Shown: piece by piece, positions 19,283 through 28,053 of the stretch
Layout of the letters: each line of letters begins with the position of its first letter
Numbering within the stretch: the first letter of the stretch is position 1
Virus record (IMG/VR): IMGVR_UViG_3300030397_000634
Location: 1-43,158 of that record
Origin: a virus
Taxonomy: Duplodnaviria; Caudoviricetes
Direction: 5' to 3' (one strand)
DNA length: 43,158 nucleotides
Notes under the pieces: model-generated
The model's database searches: none
Seen by the model: the letters and a program-made list of their open reading frames with translations, nothing else
Told to the model about the DNA's origin: nothing
Position numbers and translations under genes: made by a program

Positions 19283-19984
19283 TTAGTTACCGGGAGGATT
19301 TTCTGGTTCCTCATCAGGCCCCAAAAAATCTAACAAAGCATCAATCTTTGCCTTAACAGAATCGCGTTGCCTGTTAAGTTCTTGCTGCTGCTCATTATTG
19401 CTCGCAATTTGTTGAATTGCAACAGACAATTCCCCCTCTTGTTCTGAAGTACGACCAGAAATCGCGTTTAAATCATCGCGAGTCTTAGTCAAACTCGCCA
19501 TTGACTCCCCAAAAGGTTCAAGATGTGCATTAATATCACCCAACTGCTTTTGCAATTGGGCCAATTTTGTCCTTGCTTCTTCTTGCTGACGGGCAAGTTC
19601 TGGGTCTTCAGAGTCATCCTCGTCACTTTGTGACAGCGTCGGGTTGTTGAAATGGACCAACGCATCCCACCAATCCCACAAATAATCAAGACTATCTACC
19701 ACTAATTGAGCAGCGGCACGGTCTGCAGGCTGTACACGCTTAGCAATCTTAGTCCGATCATATCCAGGGTTATGCGTTGCTCTGCATACTCCCTCAACGA
19801 AAGGTTCAAGTTCCATACAACGTGCAAGATTTAAATGCAACGTTCGAACAATGATGGGCTGGCCCTGCGAATCACGAATAGTGCAAAGGTTTAAAAAAGA
19901 CGCAACCGTGTCTTTAAGGGCAGGCGGGTCATAAGTAAAATGGTCCATTTTGTCCTCAATGTGTGTTAGGTGTAAGCCGTTCAA
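19283..19984 (-). CDS. Hypothetical coiled-coil protein
   Basis: Heptad-rich C-terminal half; GAGGA before M13 suggests a start at 19948. Confidence 0.6.
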   Translation of the reverse strand: MNGLHLTHIEDKMDHFTYDPPALKDTVASFLNLCTIRDSQGQPIIVRTLHLNLARCMELEPFVEGVCRATHNPGYDRTKIAKRVQPADRAAAQLVVDSLDYLWDWWDALVHFNNPTLSQSDEDDSEDPELARQQEEARTKLAQLQKQLGDINAHLEPFGESMASLTKTRDDLNAISGRTSEQEGELSVAIQQIASNNEQQQELNRQRDSVKAKIDALLDFLGPDEEPENPPGN

Positions 19985-20022
19985 TGGCGATCATTCATTG
20001 TCTTATACCCACAAATTATGCA

Positions 20023-21447
20023 TCATTCAATGTCATCATCATCGTTGTCATCACCATCATTGTCATCATCATCATTGTTCGACGTTATTCCATGGGGATT
20101 AAGAAAAGTGTTAATACGCGACATTAAATTTTCTTGTTGTTCCTTCTCACTTAAAGTTGGAATTTCCAAAGACTCCAAAAAGTCAGGGACGCTTACTTGA
20201 GTTACAACTTGCTCAGCTATTGCCGGATTGCCCAACAACTGAGTAAGAATACTACTTAAGCGTTGGCGATCTTCGTCGGATAACGGTTGGTGTGCGACTC
20301 TAACAGCACCACGAGCATCGTAATTAAGTTCCATGCAGTAATCAACCAACTGTTCGTTAAATTGGTCTAACGCCCAACCTAAACGGTCCATACTAATCAA
20401 CAACATTACATCCGCATGTTCACCCGCTTCTGCCTTTGTGCCAAATTGGCCTTCGAGCATGGTACGCTCAAGCACATTCAAAGCACGTGCTTTTAATTTG
20501 TCCATGTAATTAAGTCGAGGAGTAAAATCGGCTAATCGATTTTTAGTCTCCAAAAGTTCCAACTTCCAACCTGGAAGGCCCATTTCTTCAAATTCTTCTT
20601 CAACATTCAGCCCTAATTTCGACGGAACTTTTAACTTGCCGCTAGCTTTAATTTCCGACAAAATAGTGTCAGCAATATCGTCGTGATCTTGTATTTTGCC
20701 GCGAAACATTGACGATCCAGGCGGGTAATGCAAAACCCACAACGACCCGGCAACTTTTTCACTGAACCGATTAGCCACTTCATTTGTGGCTTTCCATTGA
20801 TCGTAAGGGACTTCGGCACGGATCAACAATGGATCACCATAATCACCTGTACCTTCTTCGTCAAAATTGATGAATAATGAATGCTCTACATCAATTTCAA
20901 ATAGCTGGTTTTTATTGACATCGTTGTGTAAGAACCCATTAAAATCGCCTTGTTCAGTTTTACGTTGCCAAGTGTTCTCAGTCTTTAGAGTTTTAATCTT
21001 TGGGATGATGCGTTGGCCTAATACATCGTCATTTACTTCTTCAAAAATGACTTCATATCCACGCCATCCAAAATCAACGTCACCCAACATTGCACTACGC
21101 ACAAATTTTGTACGCAATGGAATGATATACCGATCAACATAATCAATCCAAGCAGGGTCAGCTTCGTCATATACTGGATTTGCTATCCAGGGTGCACGAA
21201 GTGCGGGAGCCACAGAAATTTGCCGGGCCAACCCAATAGTTGGGTCACGACGCATAGCACGAAGTTTATCAAGTTGGACCCTAGAAGATACAAACGCATT
21301 ACCAGAGAACAAAGAGTCATGTGGTATAGTTCCATCAAACGACAAAAATCGAACTTGTGCCCCAGTTATTGATTCGCCATTATCAGAACCCGATGATCTG
21401 TTTGCTACACCGATACCAATCGGCGTCCCGTTATTAATTCTTGTCAT
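20023..21447 (-). CDS. Portal protein (Mu gp29 / DUF935-like)
   Basis: Follows TerL; 'FGWRGYEV', 'GDPLL' and 'GTKAEAGEH'; acidic tail. Confidence 0.85.
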   Translation of the reverse strand: MTRINNGTPIGIGVANRSSGSDNGESITGAQVRFLSFDGTIPHDSLFSGNAFVSSRVQLDKLRAMRRDPTIGLARQISVAPALRAPWIANPVYDEADPAWIDYVDRYIIPLRTKFVRSAMLGDVDFGWRGYEVIFEEVNDDVLGQRIIPKIKTLKTENTWQRKTEQGDFNGFLHNDVNKNQLFEIDVEHSLFINFDEEGTGDYGDPLLIRAEVPYDQWKATNEVANRFSEKVAGSLWVLHYPPGSSMFRGKIQDHDDIADTILSEIKASGKLKVPSKLGLNVEEEFEEMGLPGWKLELLETKNRLADFTPRLNYMDKLKARALNVLERTMLEGQFGTKAEAGEHADVMLLISMDRLGWALDQFNEQLVDYCMELNYDARGAVRVAHQPLSDEDRQRLSSILTQLLGNPAIAEQVVTQVSVPDFLESLEIPTLSEKEQQENLMSRINTFLNPHGITSNNDDDDNDGDDNDDDDIE

Positions 21448-22820
21448 TACCTTACAACTCCAAAACCGATACTGGCTCCACCGCCACCAATAGCACTCAT
21501 TTGAGCAGCATCTAAATTAATTGGGAATAACTTATGGACTACATACCCTGCGGCATCCGTGATATGTCCTGAATCGTCCCCTGATTTCACTTTTGTCGGA
21601 GCACCGGCACTGTCGGTCGTACGGGTCGACAAATCATCAATTAAACGTATACAACCAGGATTGATAAACCATCGACGCTCATCGGCAGCATTGCATAGCA
21701 AAGCGTTGCAAGACGCCAATCTGTCTTTAACCGCCGGATTTGACTTTGGGTATCGAATCCGTACACCGGATTCGCCTTCAGAAAATCGTTTGTCTTGGCG
21801 AATGATTGCATAGTCAGAAGGTGCTGCTGACGTTGCTGCCGTGCTCCTGCTCTTGCTTGCTGCGTCGCCAATAAACAACCAACCGGCTTTGTGGTCGCCA
21901 TACTTACGGTGTAATTCGTCAAGTGTTCGTCTTGTATTAGTGTCTCGCATCCAAATTTCATCAAACGTATGCAATTCACCGTTCACTATATGGCATAAAA
22001 CCCAAGCCATTGGATTGACATTAAAATCGGAACCAACAATAAGAACTTTATCCTTGCGGTAAACCGCCTTTTTACTAACATTGCCGCCTTCACCCTCAGA
22101 GAACGATGAGTAAGCCATGCCGCCTGACATGACAGATTCGCCAAGTATTTGCTCCCTATAATCATCAGGAGAAAGCGTTCGCCGCATCTCTTCAATGATA
22201 TCGTCATCAATGTGCTGAAAATCGGCGGATGACCACCCATAATAATCATAACCAAGGTCCCTATTATCACAAACTTTTTTAAATTCTGCGGCTCCTACAC
22301 CACTTCGTTTAGGGACACCAATTCTCCACAAAAACCCACGTTTAACAGTTAATGCTGGGACAGCCGATAAATCCACTGCTTTAGGTTTAATATCAGATGA
22401 CTCATCTACAACAAGACCATCCCATTGCACACCCTCGATTCGTTGGGGCTTATCAAAACCTAAAGTATGAAGTTCGCTGCCCCATATTGTTCTTATGATC
22501 AATTCAGTTTCCGATGGTTGACCGTCACGCCATTCATCGGGTATAAGGTTCTTGAACTTATCCCAAGCAATTCTTTTTGCTTGGTCACGAGTAGGGGCAA
22601 TATAACCATATCGGCCCTCTCCGCCATGCCACGTTTTCTGTGGTAAGTGTAAAACCAATTTGCGAAAACAAATAGTTGACTTGCCGCTACCCCTGCCCGC
22701 CCTAACAGCAACCCGACGAGTTTGAGTACGCCACAACCGGCTTTGTTCTGGGTGTGGATCAAGTGGGTACCACTCTTGAGTCAACAATTTATATGGGGGT
22801 GCTGCTGTTACCATTAACAC
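21447..22820 (-). CDS. terL: Terminase large subunit
   Basis: Walker A AGRGSGKS, 'APTRDQA', Walker B LVVDE, nuclease motifs 'GSDFN' and 'HITDAAGY'. Confidence 0.95.
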   Translation of the reverse strand: MLMVTAAPPYKLLTQEWYPLDPHPEQSRLWRTQTRRVAVRAGRGSGKSTICFRKLVLHLPQKTWHGGEGRYGYIAPTRDQAKRIAWDKFKNLIPDEWRDGQPSETELIIRTIWGSELHTLGFDKPQRIEGVQWDGLVVDESSDIKPKAVDLSAVPALTVKRGFLWRIGVPKRSGVGAAEFKKVCDNRDLGYDYYGWSSADFQHIDDDIIEEMRRTLSPDDYREQILGESVMSGGMAYSSFSEGEGGNVSKKAVYRKDKVLIVGSDFNVNPMAWVLCHIVNGELHTFDEIWMRDTNTRRTLDELHRKYGDHKAGWLFIGDAASKSRSTAATSAAPSDYAIIRQDKRFSEGESGVRIRYPKSNPAVKDRLASCNALLCNAADERRWFINPGCIRLIDDLSTRTTDSAGAPTKVKSGDDSGHITDAAGYVVHKLFPINLDAAQMSAIGGGGASIGFGVVR

Positions 22821-23083
22821 TTTCTAAACACACCATCGGTTAAATAGCCATGCCAATTGCAACCTTCAATTCTTTGCAATGAAGGTGTCAAAGTTGGTTT
22901 ATCCTCACTGCCATTCCACGCCCAACCTTTCCCTTTAGATGTGGTAATGATTGGCACACAAGTAATGTCCTTACATTTGCCACAGGGACAAATAAAAATT
23001 AACGAAGTGTTGCCAAGTGTGAATAAAAATTGGCCCGGTTCTTTCAAATCCTCAAATTTTTCTACTTTTTGAGCTGTCAGCAT
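22814..23083 (-). CDS. DUF6527-like Zn-binding protein
   Basis: 'CPCGKC', 'WNG...PTLTPS' and 'CNWHGYL'. Confidence 0.7.
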   Translation of the reverse strand: MLTAQKVEKFEDLKEPGQFLFTLGNTSLIFICPCGKCKDITCVPIITTSKGKGWAWNGSEDKPTLTPSLQRIEGCNWHGYLTDGVFRKC

Positions 23084-23099
23084 TAGTCATCCCATAAAC

Positions 23100-23246
23100 T
23101 CACCCAAAAACACCGAATGCTAACCAAATTAAAGCCAAAAACATCAACACACTAAAATAAAAAGATGTCCGGCGTATTTCTCCTACCTCATACTGGATTT
23201 GTTCAAATTCATCCTTCATTTCAGGTCGATCTTTCCATTTGGTCAT
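23100..23246 (-). CDS. Small membrane protein, 48 aa (not in ORF track)
   Basis: MTKWKDRPEMKDEFEQ...VLMFLALIWLAFGVFG*; its ATGA overlaps the upstream stop. Confidence 0.6.
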   Translation of the reverse strand: MTKWKDRPEMKDEFEQIQYEVGEIRRTSFYFSVLMFLALIWLAFGVFG

Positions 23247-23974
23247 GCTACACCTTCATTAGTGATAGGAACAGATTCCAACATCGCTCGTATTAAGTCT
23301 TCTGTCGGCACAGCCGACGGCTTATTAGAAATCAACGGTACGGCATCTTGATCACCAGTTACAGCAGCAACTTCGCCCTTTGCCCCATCCACAACTTTGC
23401 CACTGATAACATCAATCAATTTTTGGGGTTCGATACCCGCTTCGGTTAAAGCACCCGCAAACTCATGGACACCATTATCCAACGATCGTAACACAACAGA
23501 CAACAAATTGCCAATTATAACAGTGTCCATGCGACCCCGACGCATATGCTGAATTGAAGCGAGTTGCTTGCAAGCATCATTAACACGGCCAACATCATCA
23601 ATGACCTGGACACGCATAGTTTCGACAAGAATAAGTTTTTCCCTTTTACTCTCATCAGTTTTCGCTTCAACTTGCATTGCAACATCATATTGAGCAAGAG
23701 TTTCGCCCAGTAAATGCCTAAGAATGGCAATCTCGTCAGTTATATCAGAAACCGACCAAGCATCGTCGGCATAAGACCGAAGATCAGCAGCAAGTTTATC
23801 ACTAAGTTTATGTGAATACCGCAATCCACGACGTCGACTGTCATCTACGGCGTCGTCAAATGATAAAGTGTTGCCGACGTCCTCAACATGGTGTTGACCC
23901 CAACCGCGAAATTGCGAGGAAAGAGTGGGTGATGTCACGCCTTCGGCAGAAAAGTTTGAAGTTGTTTCTGACAT
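23243..23974 (-). CDS. Probable terminase small subunit
   Basis: Helical, 'RYS..L...DITDEIAILR', upstream of terL. Confidence 0.5.
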   Translation of the reverse strand: MSETTSNFSAEGVTSPTLSSQFRGWGQHHVEDVGNTLSFDDAVDDSRRRGLRYSHKLSDKLAADLRSYADDAWSVSDITDEIAILRHLLGETLAQYDVAMQVEAKTDESKREKLILVETMRVQVIDDVGRVNDACKQLASIQHMRRGRMDTVIIGNLLSVVLRSLDNGVHEFAGALTEAGIEPQKLIDVISGKVVDGAKGEVAAVTGDQDAVPLISNKPSAVPTEDLIRAMLESVPITNEGVA

Positions 23975-25068
23975 TTAGTACGCAACTTTCGAATCCTGGT
24001 AGATACAGTTTGACTCGTAATTCCACCAAAGTCTTGGCCAATCGATTCTTGACTCCTACCATGTAATACCCATTGAACTAACATTTCCCAATTGTCCGGC
24101 CCAGCAATAGACTCACACTCTTGAACAATCTCATCAATCAAACGTTCTTCTCCTAATAATTCGTCCTCCCGATCGACGAAACAGTCAGAATATGAAAGAT
24201 TGCCCAATCCCGATAAATCAATCGAATTGCCACCATGGTCCCAGGCATACCGTCTCTTGCGGTGTTCCTTCATAATTGTAGTGCGTACCAAAGTTCTAGC
24301 ATACGGTTCAAATGGTCTATCGCGGTCGCAAGTTGCTGCCCCCTTCATAATTGCACGGAGCACAACATCATAAATCTCGCCAGAATCAAATAGTGGAGTC
24401 GTAAAAGAGTAAAGATGCGGTTTGTCGTATTGATACCATAAATCCAGCACTAATTGATAATTTTCCTCAACAAAATCCATTAATCCAGCAAGTTGAAGCG
24501 AAAAAATCGTCTGGCACGCAGTGGGAGTAGCCCTAGAACCACGCGGCAGTCTCTGAATGCCAAACGGGTATTTAGCCTTAAGTTCACCATCTTCTTTGAT
24601 TACCACAAAGACCCGATGCCACATATCCTCCCTATACGAACCAACCTCAAAATTAGTGTCGCCAAAATAACACTTCTTACATATCCAATCTTTGCCAACG
24701 TCACTAATGCCTTGTACATACACCCATGAAAATCGTGATTCGTACTGTTCAAAACATTCGGGGCAATAATAATTGCGGGGAGGGGCAGGTGTTTTAACAT
24801 GTTTACGCCTCTCCTTCCTGATGTTAGGCTTTTCATCTCGCTCCAACGCAATTGCCAATTGGTGCGAAGCCCGCTCACGCGTGCAAGGATCAGCATACTC
24901 ATCTGGGTATTGCTTTTGATCTTGTTTCTGACAATCTTTACAAAGTAAATCGCCAAAAGCACTCAATCGCCAATCACTTGTTTTTAGTATCGATCGTTTA
25001 CACCCAGGACAAACTGATCCAGGTGGTACTAACTCCTTTAAGTCCTTAATCTTCCTGTTGGCCATCAC
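23935..25068 (-). CDS. Sigma70-like factor with N-terminal Cys4 Zn fingers
   Basis: Four CxxC pairs; region-2-like 'FEPYARTLVRTTI' and region-4 HTH 'SQESIGQDFGGITSQTVSTRI'. Confidence 0.6.
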   Translation of the reverse strand: MMANRKIKDLKELVPPGSVCPGCKRSILKTSDWRLSAFGDLLCKDCQKQDQKQYPDEYADPCTRERASHQLAIALERDEKPNIRKERRKHVKTPAPPRNYYCPECFEQYESRFSWVYVQGISDVGKDWICKKCYFGDTNFEVGSYREDMWHRVFVVIKEDGELKAKYPFGIQRLPRGSRATPTACQTIFSLQLAGLMDFVEENYQLVLDLWYQYDKPHLYSFTTPLFDSGEIYDVVLRAIMKGAATCDRDRPFEPYARTLVRTTIMKEHRKRRYAWDHGGNSIDLSGLGNLSYSDCFVDREDELLGEERLIDEIVQECESIAGPDNWEMLVQWVLHGRSQESIGQDFGGITSQTVSTRIRKLRTKCQKQLQTFLPKA

Positions 25069-25077
25069 AATAATTCC

Positions 25078-25365
25078 TTAGTGGTCAGTCCATTTGTCAT
25101 ATAAAAACACACTGCATTTATTGCACCGCAAACAAAACCTTGATTTTGTTGCATCTGTGCTCGTCTTTTCTTCTATGTTCCTTTCTTCGCCCCATTGGTG
25201 TTGGCCCCTTTGACAAAAAGTGCTAAACGATGGATCAAAATCGACGCTTACATTAAACGTGCTACCGCAAGGACAATCAATGCTCTCTTCCCCATCCCAT
25301 TGATGCTCTTCACCACAGAATGGACAAACGGGCAAATTAGTGTATGCTACATCATGGTATGTCAT
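25078..25365 (-). CDS. Small Cys-rich Zn-ribbon protein
   Basis: CPFC, CPC and CLRC; GGAG RBS. Confidence 0.65.
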   Translation of the reverse strand: MTYHDVAYTNLPVCPFCGEEHQWDGEESIDCPCGSTFNVSVDFDPSFSTFCQRGQHQWGEERNIEEKTSTDATKSRFCLRCNKCSVFLYDKWTDH

Positions 25366-25428
25366 ATGCTCCCCCTATACTTTCAATATCGGCCAAATGC
25401 TGCCCCCTGCTTTGGGGGCTTCAACGCT

Positions 25429-25706
25429 CGAATGGGGGACCGCTCCGGAACCCCAGCCACAGCTTGCGTTATCTGTTCTCCTCCCCAACCAACAAAAACA
25501 CTTCTACCCTACTTTACTCTTTAATACTCCTTAATGTTCCTATTTTTTGATTAATATTTTTTAATTCCCTATTGGGGGAATATCGATTTTGGGTTCCTGA
25601 AAAACAAATTTCAAACACTACCCGTCAGGGGGGTAAAGCAATTCCAATTTGTTTTTTCATACGTCGCGAGCTCCGATGGGGGTTCTCAGGCGGTCCCCCC
25701 ATTTCG
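25429..25706. repeat. Long-range GC-rich imperfect inverted repeat
   Basis: CGAATGGGGGACCGCTCCGGAACCCC (25429..25454) against GGGGTTCTCAGGCGGTCCCCCCATTTCG (25679..25706). Confidence 0.8.
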
Positions 25707-25789
25707 TCCTGAAAATGTTTCTGTTTGACTACATGAACAAATGTTTAGTTTGATGCGTTCTTGACACATTTAATTGTTTCCTTTGTGAT

Positions 25790-25905
25790 AATGGTCTTTC
25801 GTCCTTTCCTTGGGGGTTTTCTGGCTTTCTTTCTCCTAAGACTCTCTTTACAGCCGGAAGTTATTCAAGGGCCAGAGAAAGAAAAAGAAAGGACGAGAGA
25901 CCATT
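25790..25905. repeat. Pyrimidine/purine inverted repeat (18 of 19 bp outer arms)
   Basis: AATGGTCTTTCGTCCTTTC against GAAAGGACGAGAGACCATT; inner TCTGGC / GCCAGA. Confidence 0.85.
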
Positions 25906-25936
25906 TCTTTTCTCTTTATATTAGAACTAACCAACT

Positions 25937-26284
25937 TCACCCATTCAACCCCTCTGGAGGATTATGGGCAAATGCAAGAACTTCTTGATACTCATCCTCC
26001 TCAAGCCGCCTAGAATTAAACACTGGAGTCGGTGTCATATCAATAACTAAACCGCCAATGGAATTATTCGAATCGGGGCTGTCCCACACACAAAATTCAT
26101 ACGGCCAACATTGACGTTCTGTAAGAGTAAAGTAATCACTGCCGATTACTTCGCCAATTTGGTCTTGATCCTCTTCGTCATTCCAATCCATTTCCCCTGG
26201 AAGAGTAACTCGAATGCGGTCTTTGCCTTCAGGGTCAAATTCTAACTCACTATACCACACTTCTTTAAGCATAATTTTGTCCAT
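25937..26284 (-). CDS. Acidic hypothetical protein
   Basis: Strong TAAGGAG RBS; D/E-rich, 115 aa. Confidence 0.7.
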   Translation of the reverse strand: MDKIMLKEVWYSELEFDPEGKDRIRVTLPGEMDWNDEEDQDQIGEVIGSDYFTLTERQCWPYEFCVWDSPDSNNSIGGLVIDMTPTPVFNSRRLEEDEYQEVLAFAHNPPEGLNG

Positions 26285-26324
26285 GATAACTCCTTAATTA
26301 AAATTAAAACTAACAAATAAACTA

Positions 26325-26627
26325 TCAACTTTGCCGTCTATTATAATACCCCTTCCCGTGTTTGCACACGTCAGCAATAAACATAGCAAAATTTGCCACG
26401 TCGGCACATTCACCCATAATCTTGTCTGGATTTCCTTCGGCAATAGCCATAGCCAATTCGACTGTTTCCTCTTGAAGTCGCTTTAAAAACCATTCAGGAG
26501 AACATTCATCAACAGTTGAGAATACACAATTTTCCCAATGTCTATCCCATCCGACTCGACCCTTTCGACGTCCTGATTCCAACTTAACACGCATTGCACT
26601 AAGGAATTCACTACACAATCCACGCAT
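26325..26627 (-). CDS. MazG-like all-alpha NTP pyrophosphohydrolase
   Basis: 'LQEETVEL' and 'GECADVANF' (ExxE...ExxD); likely start at the TAATG overlap at 26627. Confidence 0.7.
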   Translation of the reverse strand: MRGLCSEFLSAMRVKLESGRRKGRVGWDRHWENCVFSTVDECSPEWFLKRLQEETVELAMAIAEGNPDKIMGECADVANFAMFIADVCKHGKGYYNRRQS

Positions 26628-26836
26628 TATCCATTCCTTTCTGCTAAGTTCCAACCGATTTCCCACCATTTACCAAAATCAATATCAATTCGCACAATTC
26701 CAATTGGATGCACACCATGGTATCCAATTGCATGTGTTTCCACCCGCCCGGTTTCTTTATACGGGTTTTTATGAAATGGCACACCAAATTGAAAATCAAG
26801 CATACCTTGTTCTAATGAGTCTTTGCAACGTTGCAT
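26627..26836 (-). CDS. Hypothetical protein
   Basis: 69 aa, 'G......NPY...W..GW' pattern common in small phage ORFs. Confidence 0.55.
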   Translation of the reverse strand: MQRCKDSLEQGMLDFQFGVPFHKNPYKETGRVETHAIGYHGVHPIGIVRIDIDFGKWWEIGWNLAERNG

Positions 26837-26845
26837 ACTAAATGG

Positions 26846-27227
26846 TTACTTCCCGTACCAAAGGAACACTTTTTTAATGGCACAGATTGAGTAACGCGTC
26901 CCTACATGTCCCCAGTCTCCGGTATAAACCCGCCAGCCCGGACCATTACTACCATCATGGTTTGCATTTTTGTCCCAATTGTTATCATCGTAAGAAACAT
27001 TTTCCGCTTCTTCCGACTCTAAGTATGCTTTAACTATAGGAAACACTTGCTCAGCATTAAGTGCTGTAGGGAAATTGGAAGTTTCTTTGTCTGCTCCACC
27101 ATACCAAAGCAAGACTAACCCCTTCTCAGTGTTTTTTCTATAGAACTTCTTGCTTGTGCGTAAACTCCGCCAAAATAGCATTAAGGGCTTTTATTTCGCC
27201 CTCGGATAAATCAGTATCCTCTGTCAT
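26846..27227 (-). CDS. Hypothetical protein, possibly frameshifted near 27140
   Basis: Main ORF 26846..27181; a coupled 29-aa ORF 27138..27227 could supply its N-terminus. Confidence 0.5.
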
Positions 27228-27514
27228 ACGGCCCTCCCCCTTGCTCTGCACAACTGGCAAGGCATAAAAACTAAACCGCCACACCCAGGGCACCTTTCAG
27301 GTGGGCCTGATGGTTCGTCATAAAACCGTTTGTGTCCTGGCCTGCTGGTGTTTAAACTTTGGGGTTTGCGGCGTATAATCTTCCGCTTGGCAATTTTGCC
27401 AATTGTTGATTTTGCTAAACCCAACCTTTTAGCAATTTGGCGTTGTGATAAACTAGAATTGTTTAAGAGGTTACGAATTTGTTGTTCTAACGCTTCGCTA
27501 ATTGGAGCAGCCAT
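27224..27514 (-). CDS. HTH protein with C-terminal Zn finger
   Basis: 'LSQRQIAKRLGLAKSTI' and 'RCPGCGGLVFMPCQLC'; TAAGGAG RBS. Confidence 0.8.
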   Translation of the reverse strand: MAAPISEALEQQIRNLLNNSSLSQRQIAKRLGLAKSTIGKIAKRKIIRRKPQSLNTSRPGHKRFYDEPSGPPERCPGCGGLVFMPCQLCRARGRAV

Positions 27515-27599
27515 GTCTCATTCTCCTTAATTAATTAATTTTCCTTAAATGTTTCCATTGCCCGTTTAAGGGTTCCTGTGGGTGAAGTAACACCCGTTT

Positions 27600-27770
27600 C
27601 TACTTTGCAAATGTGGACTTTTGTAAAACCCAATTGTTTTGCATACTTCTCTTGTGACATGCCCAACCAATGCCTATGTGCACGAATTGCACTGCCACCC
27701 ATTTTTCTATTTCGTTTAACCTTTCAGCTAAGTGAAAAATCATAGGAATGTCGTCTTCGTCAGTTTTCAT
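27600..27770 (-). CDS. Small hypothetical protein (start moved out of the tRNA-like element)
   Basis: MKTDEDDIPM...; ATG lies 2 nt after the discriminator base and has no SD. Confidence 0.35.
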   Translation of the reverse strand: MKTDEDDIPMIFHLAERLNEIEKWVAVQFVHIGIGWACHKRSMQNNWVLQKSTFAK

Positions 27771-27772
27771 AA

Positions 27773-27966
27773 TACCCCTGGTGGGATTCGAACCCACGAT
27801 TGAACCGGTTCATGCGATGCACCGCATTGGTTTTGAACAGTTAAATTCAAGCATGACTTAACCTAACCGCCCATCCGCATTGATTTCAGAGCTATCACTA
27901 ACCCCCGATGGGCATGTGCAATTGGTTCTTATCGCATATTAACGTGTTCCTGCTCGTCTCAGGGGT
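27773..27966 (-). ncRNA. tRNA-like RNA (Leu-type body) with a 112-nt insert in the anticodon loop
   Basis: Acceptor ACCCCTG/CAGGGGT plus A73, D arm GACG-AGCAGGAACA-CGTT, helix ATGCGAT/ATCGCAT, variable hairpin GAACCGGTTC, T arm GTGGG-TTCGAAT-CCCAC. Confidence 0.75.
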
Positions 27967-27968
27967 TC

Positions 27969-28053
27969 AATAAATGGCCAGAATCTCACCGGCCTAGGGT
28001 TTCGTTTAATGTGCTGCTAGTTGTTACCAACCCTTAAGCTACTCAACATCTCT
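27969..28053 (-). ncRNA. Possible second, degenerate tRNA-like fold
   Basis: AGATG/CATTT closing stem, TTGAG-TAG-CTTAA hairpin, GGGTT/AACCC stem and GCCGG-TGAGATT-CTGGC T-like arm. Confidence 0.35.

Noticed and set aside
20030-20078. TCA/TCG microsatellite
   Set aside because: It encodes the poly-Asp tail of the portal protein and needs no other explanation.
25761-25792. Plus-strand sigma70 promoter TTGACA...GATAAT
   Set aside because: The spacer is 20 nt and the -10 is imperfect, so it is too weak to call.
27771-27797. N-terminus MGSNPTRG of ORF 27600..27797
   Set aside because: It is simply the translation of the T arm (GGTTCGAATCCC).
27773-27966. Canonical tRNA, tmRNA, group I intron-containing tRNA, or attP remnant
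   Set aside because: There is no 7-nt anticodon loop, no G3:U70, and the insert is too short with no group I core that I could see. The 5' acceptor strand is present and there is no integrase, so it is not an att fragment.
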